A stretch of DNA of 64,000 nucleotides from Eledone cirrhosa (GCA_964016885.1 OZ024741.1:337404001-337468000); one strand, 5' to 3'; positions 12,586-25,270 are shown, numbered from the stretch's first letter. The notes: generated by a model from the sequence alone, not told the origin. Made by a program: numbers and translations.

Positions 12586-13095
12586 AATCTCTATAACAAT
12601 TCTGTTTATTTGAAGCAAGGGAGAGAGTGTCTCTACGCAATTGCTTGACCTGCTGGAGGTGGTGGTCAAATCTTTTTCAGGTCACACCACAACATCCTGC
12701 ATGGAAGAAGGACTCTTTTATCGACAGCATCGGGCTCCAGTTTGGTGCCAATCCTGTACTAAACAGTTCCGGGGAATTATATGTGCCGGGATTGAGTAAA
12801 CAAACTTTCGATTTGACATTTTGTTCGTGATCGCGCTTAACACATGTCTCGTGAATGCATCACATACTTGTTTCTTTTCCCTCCACAGTCTCTTCGGTGC
12901 TTTAGCATCTTTCGACTTCGACTTTGCACTTTTGTTGAAATTGCCATTTTGAATGCATGCATGCACATACACAGCTTCCATTTTAGCACTTCTTCATTTC
13001 GGTGCATCCCAGGACCTCAGGGATCCTTCTTCAATTCTTGACCTCCTCTCTCCTTCATCTTTGTAACCCACTGCTCTAAAAAAAAAGAATTTTTC

Positions 13096-13127
<32 letters not shown>

Positions 13128-13319
13128 TTCTCCCCTTTTCTTTTTTCTCCCTTATTTTTTCTCCTTCACTGTTATCGCACTTGTTGCTTGGGGTGCCCGG
13201 ACACACATGGCACTTGTCTCAACACAATGCGTACACTTGCCTCCAGACACAGTTTACAATCATCTGGTCTAGCTCGCTCCCAACATCCTATTCCATGTGG
13301 TCCAGGCATCTCTTCTCCT

Positions 13320-14330
13320 TACCCATATGGCAGAAGATCTGACCTCCTGCACCCCTAAACTCAATGCCTGCCTCTCCTCAACCCTCCACCCCATAGGAGG
13401 TTGACCGGTGCGATTCGTACGCCACGTGCAACAGGCGCAAGAGAGGAAGGAACTTCTCCAACTGCAACAGCGTCTTCCACCTCTCTAGCATCAAACTCAC
13501 AAGACGCGTGTCAGACTCCTTGCACCAGTGGTACTGTCCATCATGCCTATCCACCCAGACACCACAGGTGGTTATGGGTGCCCAACCCAATGGGGGATCT
13601 GAATCCATTTGACTCAGACAAGTGTCTGGTGGCGATCTCCCACCTCAGGCAGTCGCGGAAAATCATCACCAGGATACCCAGGTCTGCCCGCACTGCCATG
13701 GCTGAAGCGCTAGTGACTTCAATTGACCAAGCGCTTGACTCAGGCAATCCATGGGACTGGACCAGACTGTTCAGTTTTGCCACTCTTGTACTCGGAATCC
13801 CATTGGTGTGGCACCTGACGGTGAGAGACTGATCTGGCCTCTCCCTGGCTTTGAGCCTCTTGGCACTCTCGTGCTACCAACCAGTGCCAACACAATGACC
13901 CCAGTCCACCCACGACAGCATGAAACGTCTCCGGGACAGAGCCAACCTCAAACTAATTGAACGCGACATTTCAGTGGCTGTTCGTGTGTGGGCCTCAAGT
14001 GACACTGTGCTCCCACCAACAACGGATGTTTTGTCAGCGTTCCGCCTCAAACATCCAGACCCTCCTGCCTACATTAGGGTTGCTCCAGCACCGGCCAGCA
14101 ATTTCTTCCTGGCATCTCCCACCAAGGACGTGGTAGCCACCCTAAGATCTTCTCCTGGTAGCAATAGTGGTGGAGTAGATGGCTTGTCCCCCAGTCACAT
14201 CCGAGACCTCAACTCGTCTCATGTGGCAGAAGCAGAGGCCCGATTGCTCCAGTCTTTAACAGCCCTCACCAACTGTCTCTTCCGCAACAGCTTGCCCACC
14301 CATACATGCGATCTTTTCTTATCAGCCAGT
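13320..14330 (+). pseudogene. CRE-clade non-LTR retrotransposon fragment (N-terminal region to start of RT)
   Basis: ITRIPRSAR..W.RLFSF..L.IP; KLIERDISVAVR..S.D..P..LRLKHP; SGGVDGLSPSHIRDL; LLQSLTALTN, matching the CRE/SLACS-type pre-RT region. Confidence 0.7.
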
Positions 14331-14349
14331 GAGGGGAAGGGGCGTTTTT

Positions 14350-14695
14350 TGGGGTGGGGATCCATTTTTTATTTGTGTGATCCATTTTTTATTTGGTGGA
14401 TCCATTTTTTATTTGTGTGATCCATTTTTTATTTGGTGAATCCATTTTTTATTTGGTTGATCCTTTTTTTATTTGATGGATCCATTTTTTATTTGGGTGT
14501 CCTATTTTTATTTGGGGGGGGGTCCGTTTTTTATTTGTGGGATCCATTTTTTATTTGGGGAGATCCGTTTTTTATTTGGGAGTGGGTCCATTTTTGTGTG
14601 GGGGCTCCATTTATTTAAGGGAGTCCGTTTATATTTGATGGATCCATTTTTTATTTGGAGAATCCGTTTATTATTTGGGGGATCAACTTTTTATG
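14350..14695. repeat. ~19-20 bp minisatellite (GATCCATTTTTTATTTGGT)n
   Basis: More than 15 degenerate tandem copies visible. Confidence 0.9.
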
Positions 14696-15060
14696 TTGGT
14701 TGTAGTGTTGTTGTTGTTGGTGGTGGTGTTGTTTGTTGTGGTGTTGTTGGTTGTGGTGTTGTTGGTTGTGGGGTTGTTGGTGGTGGTGTTGTTGGTGGTG
14801 GTGTTGTTGGTGGTAGTGGGGCTGGTGTTGTTGATGCTGCTGAATTTGTCATTCTTGTTGTAGTTGTTGCCATTGTTGTTAGTAGTCTTGTTGGTACTGT
14901 TGCTGTTGCTGATGTTACTGGGGTCATTGTTGTTGCTACTGCTGCTATTGTTGATGCTGTTATTGTTGTTACTATTGTTGTCATTGTTGTTGAGTTCCTT
15001 GTTGTTGCTTTTCTAAGGTCCTTCCTCTGTTTTCACCATTCCTTTCATCTAAATCACTAA

Positions 15061-15163
15061 CCTTTACATCTTTGCTTTTCATCCTTACGGGGTCGATAAA
15101 ATAAAGTACCAGTAATACACTGGGATAATTGCTGGCCTTGTGCCAAAAGTAGAAACAATTATT
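15061..15163 (+). mobile_element. SINE fragment, second SINE family
   Basis: TTTCATCCTTACGGGGTCGATAAAATAAAGTACCAG core; copies also at 40822, 45050 and 47733; resembles the Meta-type central domain. Confidence 0.7.
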
Positions 15164-15804
15164 GTTTTGTGTTGTTTGTATGTATGTATGTATGGTCCTG
15201 TAACTTCTGAAGTAGTCCTAGGGGTGCCATATTGACATACAGCATTTCTCCAGCATTGTTTTAAACCTGGCAGAGCTCATCACTTCTCCAGGTCTGAACA
15301 CAGCAGATTTCTTCCAGAGAAGGATAGGGAGTGAGAGAATGGAAGTGAGAAAGAGATATAGAGGAAGAATATGCCCCATGGTACTGTTTTTTATCATACT
15401 TAAATGGATGAAAGGTAAAGTTGAACTCAGAGAGCAGAGAGTTGGAACAAAGCATCATTACTATCACCATCACTGTCATCATCGCTGCCATCATCATCAC
15501 CCTCGTTATGACTACCAACAGCAACAGCAGCACTGCCACCACCACCACCGCCACCACCATCTCCACCATACTACCACCACCATCTCCACCATACCACAAT
15601 CACCACAACCATCTCCACCATACCACCACCACCACCACTTTATCACATAATTATCTCACATAATATCAACTCTACAAGATTTTGATATTATTTATTTTTA
15701 GAATAATACCTTAACATAAGTATGAGCAGTTGGTTATGGCTGGTTTGAAAGAAAAAAGATGAGAGAATTCTGGCTGGATATGGCCAGTTTAAATGTGAAA
15801 CGGT

Positions 15805-16590
15805 TAATATTGTTTTGTTTTATTTAATATCGTTTAATATCATTTAATTTTGTTTTGTATTGTTTGATATTGTTTAGTATCGTTTTGTATTGTTTAGTAG
15901 TGTTTTATACTGTTTTATATTGTTTTGTATTGTTTAATATTGTTTTATACTGTTTGATATAGTTTAATATTGTTTAATATTGTTTTATACTGTTTGATAT
16001 TGTTTTATACTGTTTGATATAGTTTAATATTGTTTAATATTGTTTTATACTGTTTTATATTGTTTTATACTGTTTGATATAGTTTAATATTGTTTGATAT
16101 TGTTTTATACTGTTTGATATAGTTTAATATTGTTTAATATTGTTTTATACTGTTTAATATTGTTTTATACTGTTTAATATTGTTTTATACTGTTTGATAT
16201 AGTTTAATATTGTTTAATATTGTTTTATACTGTTTGATATTGTTTTATACTGTTTGATATAGTTTAATATTGTTTAATATCGTTTTATACTGTTTGATAT
16301 TGTTTTATACTGTTTAATATTGTTTTATACTGTTTAATATTGTTGTTTTGTATTGTTTTATATTGTTTAATATTGTTGTTTTATATTGTTTAATATTGTT
16401 GTTTTATATTGTTTAATATTGTTGTTTTATATTGTTGTTTTATTTTGTTGTTTTATATTGTTTAATATTGTTGTTTCATATTGTTTTATATTGTTGCTTT
16501 ATATTGTTTAATATTGCTTTGTATAGTTTTATATTGTTTTACATTGTTTTGTGTTGTTTAATATTGTTTTATATTGTATTGTTGTTTTCA
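15805..16590. repeat. AT-rich 10-bp period minisatellite (TATTGTTTAA/TACTGTTTGA variants)
   Basis: Tandem decamers with recurring higher-order blocks. Confidence 0.92.
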
Positions 16591-16634
16591 TAATTATCTT
16601 TTTTCAATCTCAATATTTATCTCTGCAAAAATTC

Positions 16635-16832
16635 CTTCATGGTGGTCATGGAGATGGAGGTGAGTGGTGTTGGTGGTGAGTAGAGTGGCTGGTGGTGCTG
16701 GTGGTGGTGGTGGTCATGGTCGTGGTCGTGATAACAGTGCTGCTGTTGCCGTTGGTAGTCATAACGAGGGTGATGATGATGACAATGATGATGACAGTGA
16801 TGAGGACAGTGATGATGATAGCAATGATGGTG

Positions 16833-16864
<32 letters not shown>

Positions 16865-17335
16865 GATGCGGATAATGATGGTGGTGGTGGTGGTGGTGGT
16901 AATGATGATGATGATGATAATGATGAAGACAATATGACAATGATAATGATGATGATGGTGGTTGTGGTGATAATTGTGATAACTATTATCATTGTAATCA
17001 TATCATTCTATAATCACATAACAAAAAAGGTGAATGATGTAAATAATGATGATGACAGTGATGATGATGATTGAGTGGATAATGATGATGAAGATGGAAA
17101 CAATGGTGATGGTGATGGTGATGGTGGTGGTGGTGATGAGGATGGCCCTGATGATGATGATGATGATGAGGAGGAGGAGGAGATAGATAATGATGATGAA
17201 AATTGGGACATTGAGGAAGACAATGATGGTGGCAATGACAATGGTGAAGTTGAGGAAGTGGTGGAGGAGGAGGAGGAGGAGGTGGTAGAGGAAGAAGAAG
17301 ATAATGATGATAATTATAATATAATAATAATTAAT
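16635..17335. repeat. (GAT)n/(GGT)n/(GAG)n low-complexity tract
   Basis: Directly visible; source of spurious poly-D/M/H ORFs. Confidence 0.9.
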
Positions 17336-17451
17336 ACATTTCTGTTGTCATTTCTCTTCTTCTTCTTCAGTGTTTATCAATTATTTATCATTGATTGAGA
17401 AAAGATTTGCTGACATAAAAAAAAATCTGATCAACATTCTTAAACTACTAC

Positions 17452-17482
<31 letters not shown>

Positions 17483-17632
17483 TTGTAGTTGTTGTTATTG
17501 TTGTTGTTGTTGTGGTGATTTACTTGTTATTAGCTAGCTATATCACTACATGTTATATGTACTATTACCAGCAAAGGTTCAGTTCTGAATATTATACACA
17601 CACACACAAACACACACACACACACACACATA

Positions 17633-17995
17633 TCATCATCATCATCATCATCGTTTAACGTCCATCTTCCATGTTAGCATGGGTTTGGACGGGAATTTTC
17701 CCACTTGAGGCAAGATTGGCTGTCTTGCTCCTATAGGACTGTCTGGCAGGTTTTCTACAGTTGGATGCCCTTCCTAACACCAACCACGTTTACAGTGTGG
17801 ACTGGGAGGTTTTTACCGTGTTACCTACACGGCCACATTACAGCGTGGACTGTGTGTTTTTTGTCATGACACCTACACGCCCTCATTTGTTTCGGACTGG
17901 ATGCTGTGGTACCAACATAACTTTACATTGGAAGGGGTGGTGTGGATGGGGTAGGGGTAGTGGGGCCGGGTGTATTTTTGTTAGAGGTGCCTACT

Positions 17996-17998
<3 letters not shown>
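17633..17998 (-). mobile_element. RTE extended 3' UTR fragment
   Basis: Same sequence as the 3' UTRs at 21860, 30342 and 59069. Confidence 0.85.
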
Positions 17999-18084
<86 letters not shown>

Positions 18085-18841
18085 TATACATATATATATA
18101 CATATATATATACATATATATATACATATATATACATATATATATACATATATATATATATATAAGAAAGTAAGTCGATAGAATCATTTGATAAAATATA
18201 TACAGTATTTCTTCTCCTAATCAACATAATCAACCACACAAAAAATCATTTAAATGAGGCTATAAGTTTAAAATGTACATATGAAGAAATAATAGATAAA
18301 TAAATGATAGCTTTTTATCCGTGATCCACAACAACAGAAGATTTACCTAGTATTTCTGATAGCCTGTAGAAATTGACTATACATATAGTTAACCATACAC
18401 AATTAGGTACAAAATCAAAGTTAGAAGAAAAAATGTACATAAACATACCAAATCATATCTCTACCCCCTGAGATTTCATTCGCTTTTTGGAAATATCCGA
18501 TCATGGATAAATCAACGAGTTTCGAAATCATCAGGAGACAAACTCAATTGGACAAAGATTTTTCTTAAATGATCCCCGCCAGAAACGAATTCAAAATGAT
18601 TCTATGGACTTACTTTCTTATATATTGCTCTGATTGTTGATTATTTAATTAATTAATTCGTCATTGAGCCACACCGTGAATGGTTGCCAAAAAAATATAT
18701 ATATGTATCTATGGCTCTGTCTAGTTTATGTGTATATATACTGTATGTTTAATTAAAAACATTTTGAAGACCTTGCGCTATTATTTTAAAGTAGTGACTA
18801 TGTCACTTACTTCTTTTTTTTCAGCAAAGGAAGGGAGAGAA

Positions 18842-18881
18842 GCTGACAGATCTGTTTCACACTGTTTGTGTTCCTCAGAGC
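18842..18881 (-). ncRNA. Type I hammerhead ribozyme, intact core
   Basis: GCT-CTGAGGA-ACAC aaaca GTGT-GAAA-CAGATCTG-TC-AGC. Confidence 0.85.
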
Positions 18882-19165
18882 AACGTACTCGCCGACCTCT
18901 GCCGAAAATTATAGAGGCTGGATTCTTATAGAATTCCAGTAATAATCAGGAACTGATTATACAGAGCGATTGCCGGTCCAGCAAAAATAAAAAATAAAAA
19001 ATTAGGATTGGTGCTCTGAAATAGCGATGAATACATGAATGTATGTATAGTATATTTGGTAATATACTGTATGTTTAATTAAAAACATGTTTAAGACCTT
19101 GCTCTATTATTTTAAAGTAGTGACTAAGTCACTTATTTCTTTTTTCAGCAAAGGAAGGGAGAGAA

Positions 19166-19206
19166 GCTGACAGATTCTGTTTCACACTGTTGGTGTTCCT
19201 CAGAGC
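19166..19206 (-). ncRNA. Type I hammerhead ribozyme, intact core
   Basis: GCT-CTGAGGA-ACAC caaca GTGT-GAAA-CAG aat CTG-TC-AGC. Confidence 0.85.
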
Positions 19207-19528
19207 AACATACTCCCTGACCTCTGCCGAAAATTATAGAGGCTGGATTCTTATAGAATTCCAGTAATAATCAGGAACTGATTATACAGAGCGATTGCCG
19301 GTCCAGCAAAAATTAAAAATTAGGATTGGCGCTCTGAAATTAAACATACAGTATATTACCAAATATATTATACATACATTCATTATACATCGCTATTTCA
19401 GAGCACCAATCCTAATTTTTAATTTTTGCTGGACCGGCAATCGCTCTGTATAATCAGTTCCTGATTATTACTGGAATTCTATAAGAGTCCAGCCTCTATA
19501 ATTTTCAGCAGAGGTCGGCGAGTACGTT

Positions 19529-19569
19529 GTTCTGAGGAACACCAACAGTGTGAAACAGAATCTGTCAGC
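19529..19569 (+). ncRNA. Type I hammerhead ribozyme, intact core
   Basis: GTT-CTGAGGA-ACAC caaca GTGT-GAAA-CAG aat CTG-TC-AGC. Confidence 0.82.
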
Positions 19570-19732
19570 TTCTCTCCCTTCCTTTGCTGAAAAAAAGTAA
19601 GTGACATAGTCACTACTTTAAAATAATAGCACGAGGTCTTCAAATTGTTTTTAATTAAACATACAGTATATTACCAAATATACTATACATACATTCATGT
19701 ATACATCGCTATTTCAGAGCACCAATCCTAAT

Positions 19733-20240
19733 CATCATCATCATCATCATCGTTTAACGTGTGTTTTTTTGTCGTGACACCTACACAACCTCATTTATTT
19801 AGGACTGGATGTTGTGGTACCAACATAACTTTACATCGGAAGGGGGGGGGGGGTGAATGGGGTTGGGGTAGTGGGATGGGGGTGTATTTTGGTAAGAGGT
19901 GCCTACTGACTGTAGGTTTCGCTTTGCACTTAGGCAAAGCGGGTCTTCTGTATTACTGCGTAGCGCCAAAGATCTCGGTCCAGTGACATTGTCTTGGAGA
20001 GGTGTAAGTGTGTGAGGTCAGAATTTATCAAGTCGTCCCAGGTTTTTCTGGGTCTGCCACTCCGTGGCTACCGTCTATTTTGATCGCCCTGCACTTTTTT
20101 ATACAGCTGTCGTCTTTCATGCGCATCACATGACCATACCAACGTAGTCTTCTTTCGAGTAAACAGCATCTGATCCCTCTTATTCCTAATTTCTCACTTA
20201 GTTCATTTATGCTTTGCCGTTCACGTATATTACTATTACA
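19733..20240 (-). mobile_element. 5'-truncated RTE LINE
   Basis: [19 protein letters not shown] end plus internally deleted 3' UTR and (ATG)n tail. Confidence 0.85.
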
Positions 20241-20402
20241 TATAATATTTATATATATATATATATATAAGAAATGTAAATCTGAGATTTTCAAATATTA
20301 CTAATAATATTTGATTCATTTGCAATTATGCAAACAGCCTCTTTAAGCCATGTGAGTAGAATGACGCCATCATTCTTGCTCTTGCGTTGGCATATAAACA
20401 GA

Positions 20403-20451
20403 ATGGCAGACACACTAATGTTTCTGGGTGATTACCCTTCATCTGTACCAT
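20403..20451 (-). ncRNA. Decayed type I hammerhead ribozyme
   Basis: ATGGTA-CAGATGA-a GGGT aatc ACCC a-GAAA-CAT tagt GTG-TC-TGCCAT; one core change (CUGA to CAGA). Confidence 0.65.
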
Positions 20452-20755
20452 ATACTGCTTATCTGTTAACTGTCAGACTTACATTTCTTGTATTCAGCCA
20501 TGTGGAGCGATAAAACTATTTATTAGTTATATATATATAAATTAGTTCTGTATGAGCAAGAGATGGTCACCTGACCTGGCATTGCCCACAACAGGACAAC
20601 TCGTCTAAGCCATGCTAGCGTGGAAAAATGGACATAAAACAGTGATGAGGACGATGATGATGATGTTGATATATATATAAGTGTATATATATATGTACAT
20701 GTAGAGAGAGAGAGAGAGAGATTATATACTTATATCAAGGTCTCTCTCTATGTAT

Positions 20756-20814
<59 letters not shown>

Positions 20815-20817
<3 letters not shown>

Positions 20818-21075
20818 TTTCATTTCATTTTACGTCCACTTTTCCCTGCTTGCAAGGGACGGACGGGAACTGATTCTGGCTCAATTTCTACAGCTGGATG
20901 CCCTTCCTAACACCAACCTCATTGACAGTGAGTGCTCGGTGCTTTTTTGCCGTGGCACCTCCACGACCACTTTGCAGTGGAATGATAGGGACCCCAGTCC
21001 TTATCCTCTCATTTCTACAGCTGAGTAAACTGGAGCAATGTGAAATAAAGTGTCTTGCTCAAGGAAACAACACAT
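20815..21075 (-). mobile_element. Headless CORE-like SINE with RTE-derived tail
   Basis: Near-identical to 49511-49840 and to the reverse complement of 47463-47722. Confidence 0.8.
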
Positions 21076-21083
21076 CATATATA

Positions 21084-21280
21084 TATGAAAAAATTCAGGA
21101 TCCCGACGGCTGAGCTCCGGCCATTTGAACAGCTAGATCGAAACTGTTCGGATTTAGCTGTTGAAACAGCCGGAGCTCAGTCGTAAGGATCCTGAATTAT
21201 TTCATATTACCCACTCTACTACCCCAAGTATCGAGTACTCTGGTGAGCAATGGCCTAACTGGTTTTTACTGCCTCCATTC
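21084..21280 (+). mobile_element. Half-HHR fold-back repeat family, copy 1
   Basis: Hairpin centred near 21143; GAAA-CAGC cggagctca GTCG-TA; tail shared with copies at 22957, 46567, 49084 and 56812. Confidence 0.65.
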
Positions 21281-21608
21281 TTTATTTTTTGTTTTGTTAT
21301 TCCTTTATCTTAACTCCCTCACCCCTTACTTTTCACCACCAACTAATTCTCGTATTGCTTTATATCCTTCATGATGACTTCAAACAATGTGACAGTGGAA
21401 GCTGAGCAGACGGATCGATGCACATAGATGCACGGGATGATTTGACCGGGATGGTGAGAATAATTGTTAATTTATAAAGAGACCCCACCGTTATAATGAA
21501 CCAATGAGCAAGTATGGCTGAATACCACTATGTTAGAAAGCGTGCTAACTTATAAGAAGAAATTCAGAAAATATTCAGACAGTCTCAGACGCGATCCTGC
21601 ATATTAAA

Positions 21609-21700
21609 ACATATCTGAGGAACTTCCGATTCCAGAGTCAGGTTCGATCATTAATAGATTATTCCTCGAGCTGATTGACAGTGAAACATATGTAATATGT
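21609..21700 (+). ncRNA. Type I hammerhead ribozyme, intact core
   Basis: ACATAT-CTGAGGA-ACT..AGT-GAAA-CATATG-TA-ATATGT; perfect 6-bp stem I, palindromic stem III. Confidence 0.85.
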
Positions 21701-21820
21701 AATAAATATGTATATGATGCATCACTGATTCTTTGTTCCTTTATATTGATACTCTGCTCACCAAGGGCATCGAGCGCTCACCCGGCTTACCACCTACGGA
21801 CGCAATTAACTTGCACCTTA

Positions 21821-21859
<39 letters not shown>

Positions 21860-21860
<1 letters not shown>

Positions 21861-22923
21861 CATCATCATCATCATCAACGTTTAACGTCCGTGTTCCACG
21901 CTTGCATGGGTTTGGACGGGGGTTTTCCCACTTGAGGCAAGAGTGATTGTTTTGCTCGCATAGGACTGTCTGGCAGGTTTTCTACAGTTGGATGCCCTTC
22001 CTAACACCAACCACATTTACAGTGTAGGTCTGGGAGGTTTTTACCGTGTTGCCTACACGGCCACATTACAGCGTGGACTGTATGTTTTTTTGTCGTGACA
22101 CCTACACGATCTCATTTGTTTCGGCCTGGATGGCGCGGCACCAACATAACTTTACATAGAACGGGGTGGTGTGGATGGGGTGGGGGTGGTGGTGGGACGG
22201 GGTGTATTTTGTTAGAGATACCTACTGGCTGTAGTAGGTTTTACTATGTATTTAGGTAAGGCGGGTCTTCTCTGTTACTGAGTACCGCCAAAGGTCTCAG
22301 TCCAGTGACATTGTCTTGGAGAGGTGTAAGTGTGTGAGGTCGGAGTTTATCAGCTCATCCCAGGTTTTTCTAGGTCTGCCTATTCCGTGGCTACCGTCTA
22401 ACTTTATTGCTTTGCACTTTGTTATACAGCTATCGACTTTCATGCGCATCACGTGTCCATACCAACGTAGCCTTCTCTCGAGTAAACAACATCTGATCCC
22501 TCTTATTTCTATTTTTTTTTTCCTTAGTTCGTTTATGCTTTGCCGTTCACGTATATTACTGTTACACATCCAGCGGAGCATGCAAGCTTCGTTCCTCTCT
22601 AGTCTGCGTATATCCTCTGCACACAATGCCCAGGTCTCACTGCCATGCAACATTGCTGTTCGTATGCAGGCATCGTACAACCTGCCTTTCATTTTTAGGG
22701 AGAACCCTTTAGCAGCTAATAGTGGTATAGGCTCACTGAACTTTTTCCAACCAGTTCTGACTCTAGCTACTGTACTTTCAGAGCACCCTCCCCCACTGCT
22801 GATTTTATCGCCCAGGTAACGGAAGCTGTCCACTATTTCTATAGAACCCTCTGCGCAATTGAAAGAGCTAGTATTTTGTGGGCACTTGCTGCTACTTATT
22901 GCACCAGAGCACCGGCCACATGT

Positions 22924-22925
<2 letters not shown>
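21860..22925 (-). mobile_element. 5'-truncated RTE LINE with extended 3' UTR
   Basis: ORF 22833-22297 ([26 protein letters not shown]) plus tail. Confidence 0.9.
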
Positions 22926-22955
<30 letters not shown>

Positions 22956-22956
22956 A

Positions 22957-23142
22957 CGAAGGAAATGTGGTAAGGAACTAGGTTGACCATAACGCACCAA
23001 AGTACTCAATACTTAGTGTAGTAGAGTGGGTAATAGGAATGAGTAGGACCCCGACAGCTGAGCTCAAGCCGTTTCGACGGCTAATTCTGGACTGAGCTCA
23101 AGCCGAAACGGCTTGAGCTCAGTCGTCGGGGTCCTACTCGTT

Positions 23143-23146
<4 letters not shown>
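22957..23146 (-). mobile_element. Half-HHR fold-back repeat family, copy 2
   Basis: GAAA-CGGCT tgagctc AGCTG-TC-GGGG on both strands as an inverted duplication. Confidence 0.7.
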
Positions 23147-23191
<45 letters not shown>

Positions 23192-23778
23192 CATATTGCT
23201 GACTTTACTGAATTTGTTCCTAAATTCTTATAAATTCTTATACATTTTCCAAATATTTCTAATTCCTAAATATAACACCACATCTTTTGAACAGCTTCAC
23301 CTGAAATATCTGCTTGTATTTATAAATTCATTCATCATCATTATCATTATCATCGTCATCTTCCCTATTATCTTCATCATCCTTCTCCTCATCATCATCA
23401 TCATCACCATCATCATTTAACATCCTTTAAGCAAGGGCTGGACCAGTCGTCAGCAGACTGGTTTGTTAGTCAAATATGAGGTACTGACTCAATGGAACCT
23501 GCATCTCTCTTTCATAAATTCCTGTACTCTACTGAATACTCAGATGGGTCGGTGGCCTGCAAACTTGCTTATATACAATCTTGTGCATTTTATTATTAAA
23601 CCAGCATTAAGGAGGTTATCATGTCCTTCACACAACTGAAGAATCCTCCCAACCCTTTTTTGGCAGGTTTTTTTACTGTTGGATACCCTTCCTCTCACTA
23701 ACCACTATGCAAAAGGTACTGTGTGCACTTAACATGTAAATAACCAACACTTAGTTACAATTTCATAAACTCATTATA

Positions 23779-24041
23779 TGAAGGTCAGCTGAAAAGTTCA
23801 TAGGCTGACCAAACTACTCTCATGGAATGACCAAATGAAGTTTATTTTTCAACATAGTCCCTGGAAAGAATCAATGCAGTTATTAATAAGAAGAGTTGCA
23901 ATTAATCCATGCAAGATTTCACAACCTTAGCATCACTCTTTCATAGGCTGACCAAGATACTCTCATGGAATGTGATCAAGAATTTACAGCTCTAGCATGA
24001 ATCTTTAATAGTCAGCCTATATACTTTTCAGCCGACCCTTA
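23779..24041. mobile_element. Tc1/mariner-derived MITE
   Basis: TA-flanked TIRs TGAAGGTCAGCTGAAAAGTTCATAGGCTGAC / GTCAGCCTATATACTTTTCAGCCGACCCTTA. Confidence 0.75.
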
Positions 24042-25084
24042 TAAAATATACTGAAAATTCAATAATTTTTTTTTGTATCATATTTCTATGCAATAAGATA
24101 TTTTATAATAGGTATGGCTTTCAAACCAGTTAGCTGTCTAAAATTTGAAACCAAATCTTAACAGAAATGTTCAAATCAGTTAATTCGACCATTATTTATG
24201 GAACAAAAAGAAAGCATTTATTCTTTAATTAATACTTCAGAAGGAAGCTCTAAAATGCTTGTGAAATGTTTCACGCTGACTAGTTTTTAAAGAAATCCCA
24301 ACTAGTTTAATGCATTCTTCAAAATAAAACTACATTTGTATGTTGCAGACTAGCCTAGCCATCAATTAAACAACTGAAATTAATATCTAATCTCTAATGA
24401 GCTTTTCCAAAGAATTTAATTAATGATCGAAACATTTTTCATTTCTTCTTCATTCTTTCATTAAATTCATATTTATTTATTTATTCATAAAATTCACATA
24501 GAACTATTGAAACATCCATTTTTCTCCCTTTCTCACACACATCCCAATACAACCCCTATCCCTCCTCTCTCACTATCTCTCTCTCTCTATATATATATAG
24601 CTATCTATTTATCTCTCCCTCTATCTATCTATTTATCTATCTATCTATTTATTTATTTATCTATGTATCTATCTATCTATTTATCTATCTATCTGTCTAT
24701 CTATCACTCTATCTTTTGTTTTGTTTTGTTTCATTTAACTTAACATATTGTTAAAACGAAATCAATCAATAAGGTTGGCTCTCCTCATTCAGCATTATTT
24801 TACTCTGCCTTGTGGCCTCATATACAAACAATAGCTTTCATAAATGACCATCTTTTATATTAAGGCTGTTGTAAGTTTCATGTAAAACGTTGTCATGCTG
24901 GAAAGGGGATGGTAAGAGTGTGTGTGTGGAGAGGGAGAGAATGAGGGGGAGAGAGAGGTGGTGGGGGTAGTAACAATTTTGATATTTTGTTTTTCTTTAA
25001 ATCCCTGAAATATATATATATATATATATATATAATGTATATATATATATATATATAATATATATATGATGATGATGATGATGA

Positions 25085-25118
<34 letters not shown>

Positions 25119-25165
25119 AATGAATAATAACAGGTAAACATCATAAAAAGGTAATTTATTCCGTG

Positions 25166-25270
25166 TGCTTACAAATGTTTCCACGGTGGTACTAGTTATG
25201 CTATGTGCAAATTTACAATTATTTGCAGAACTCAAATATCCAATGCTGTGACCACTGTATCCTCAGAGCA
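25166..25270 (-). ncRNA. Type I hammerhead ribozyme with long stem II
   Basis: TGCT-CTGAGGA-TACAGTGGT..ACCACCGTG-GAAA-CATTTG-TA-AGCA. Confidence 0.8.

Larger units (their letters stand above)
18736..19732. mobile_element. HHR-bearing ~324-nt unit: ~1.9 direct copies plus ~1.2 inverted copies (retrozyme/PLE pLTR-like)
   Basis: Direct repeat period ~324 nt, inversion at ~19340, one HHR per unit. Confidence 0.8.

Noticed and set aside
18510-18540. Minus-strand CTGATGA-tttc-GAAAC HHR-like motif
   Set aside because: No stem II and only 2 bp of stem I; cannot be supported
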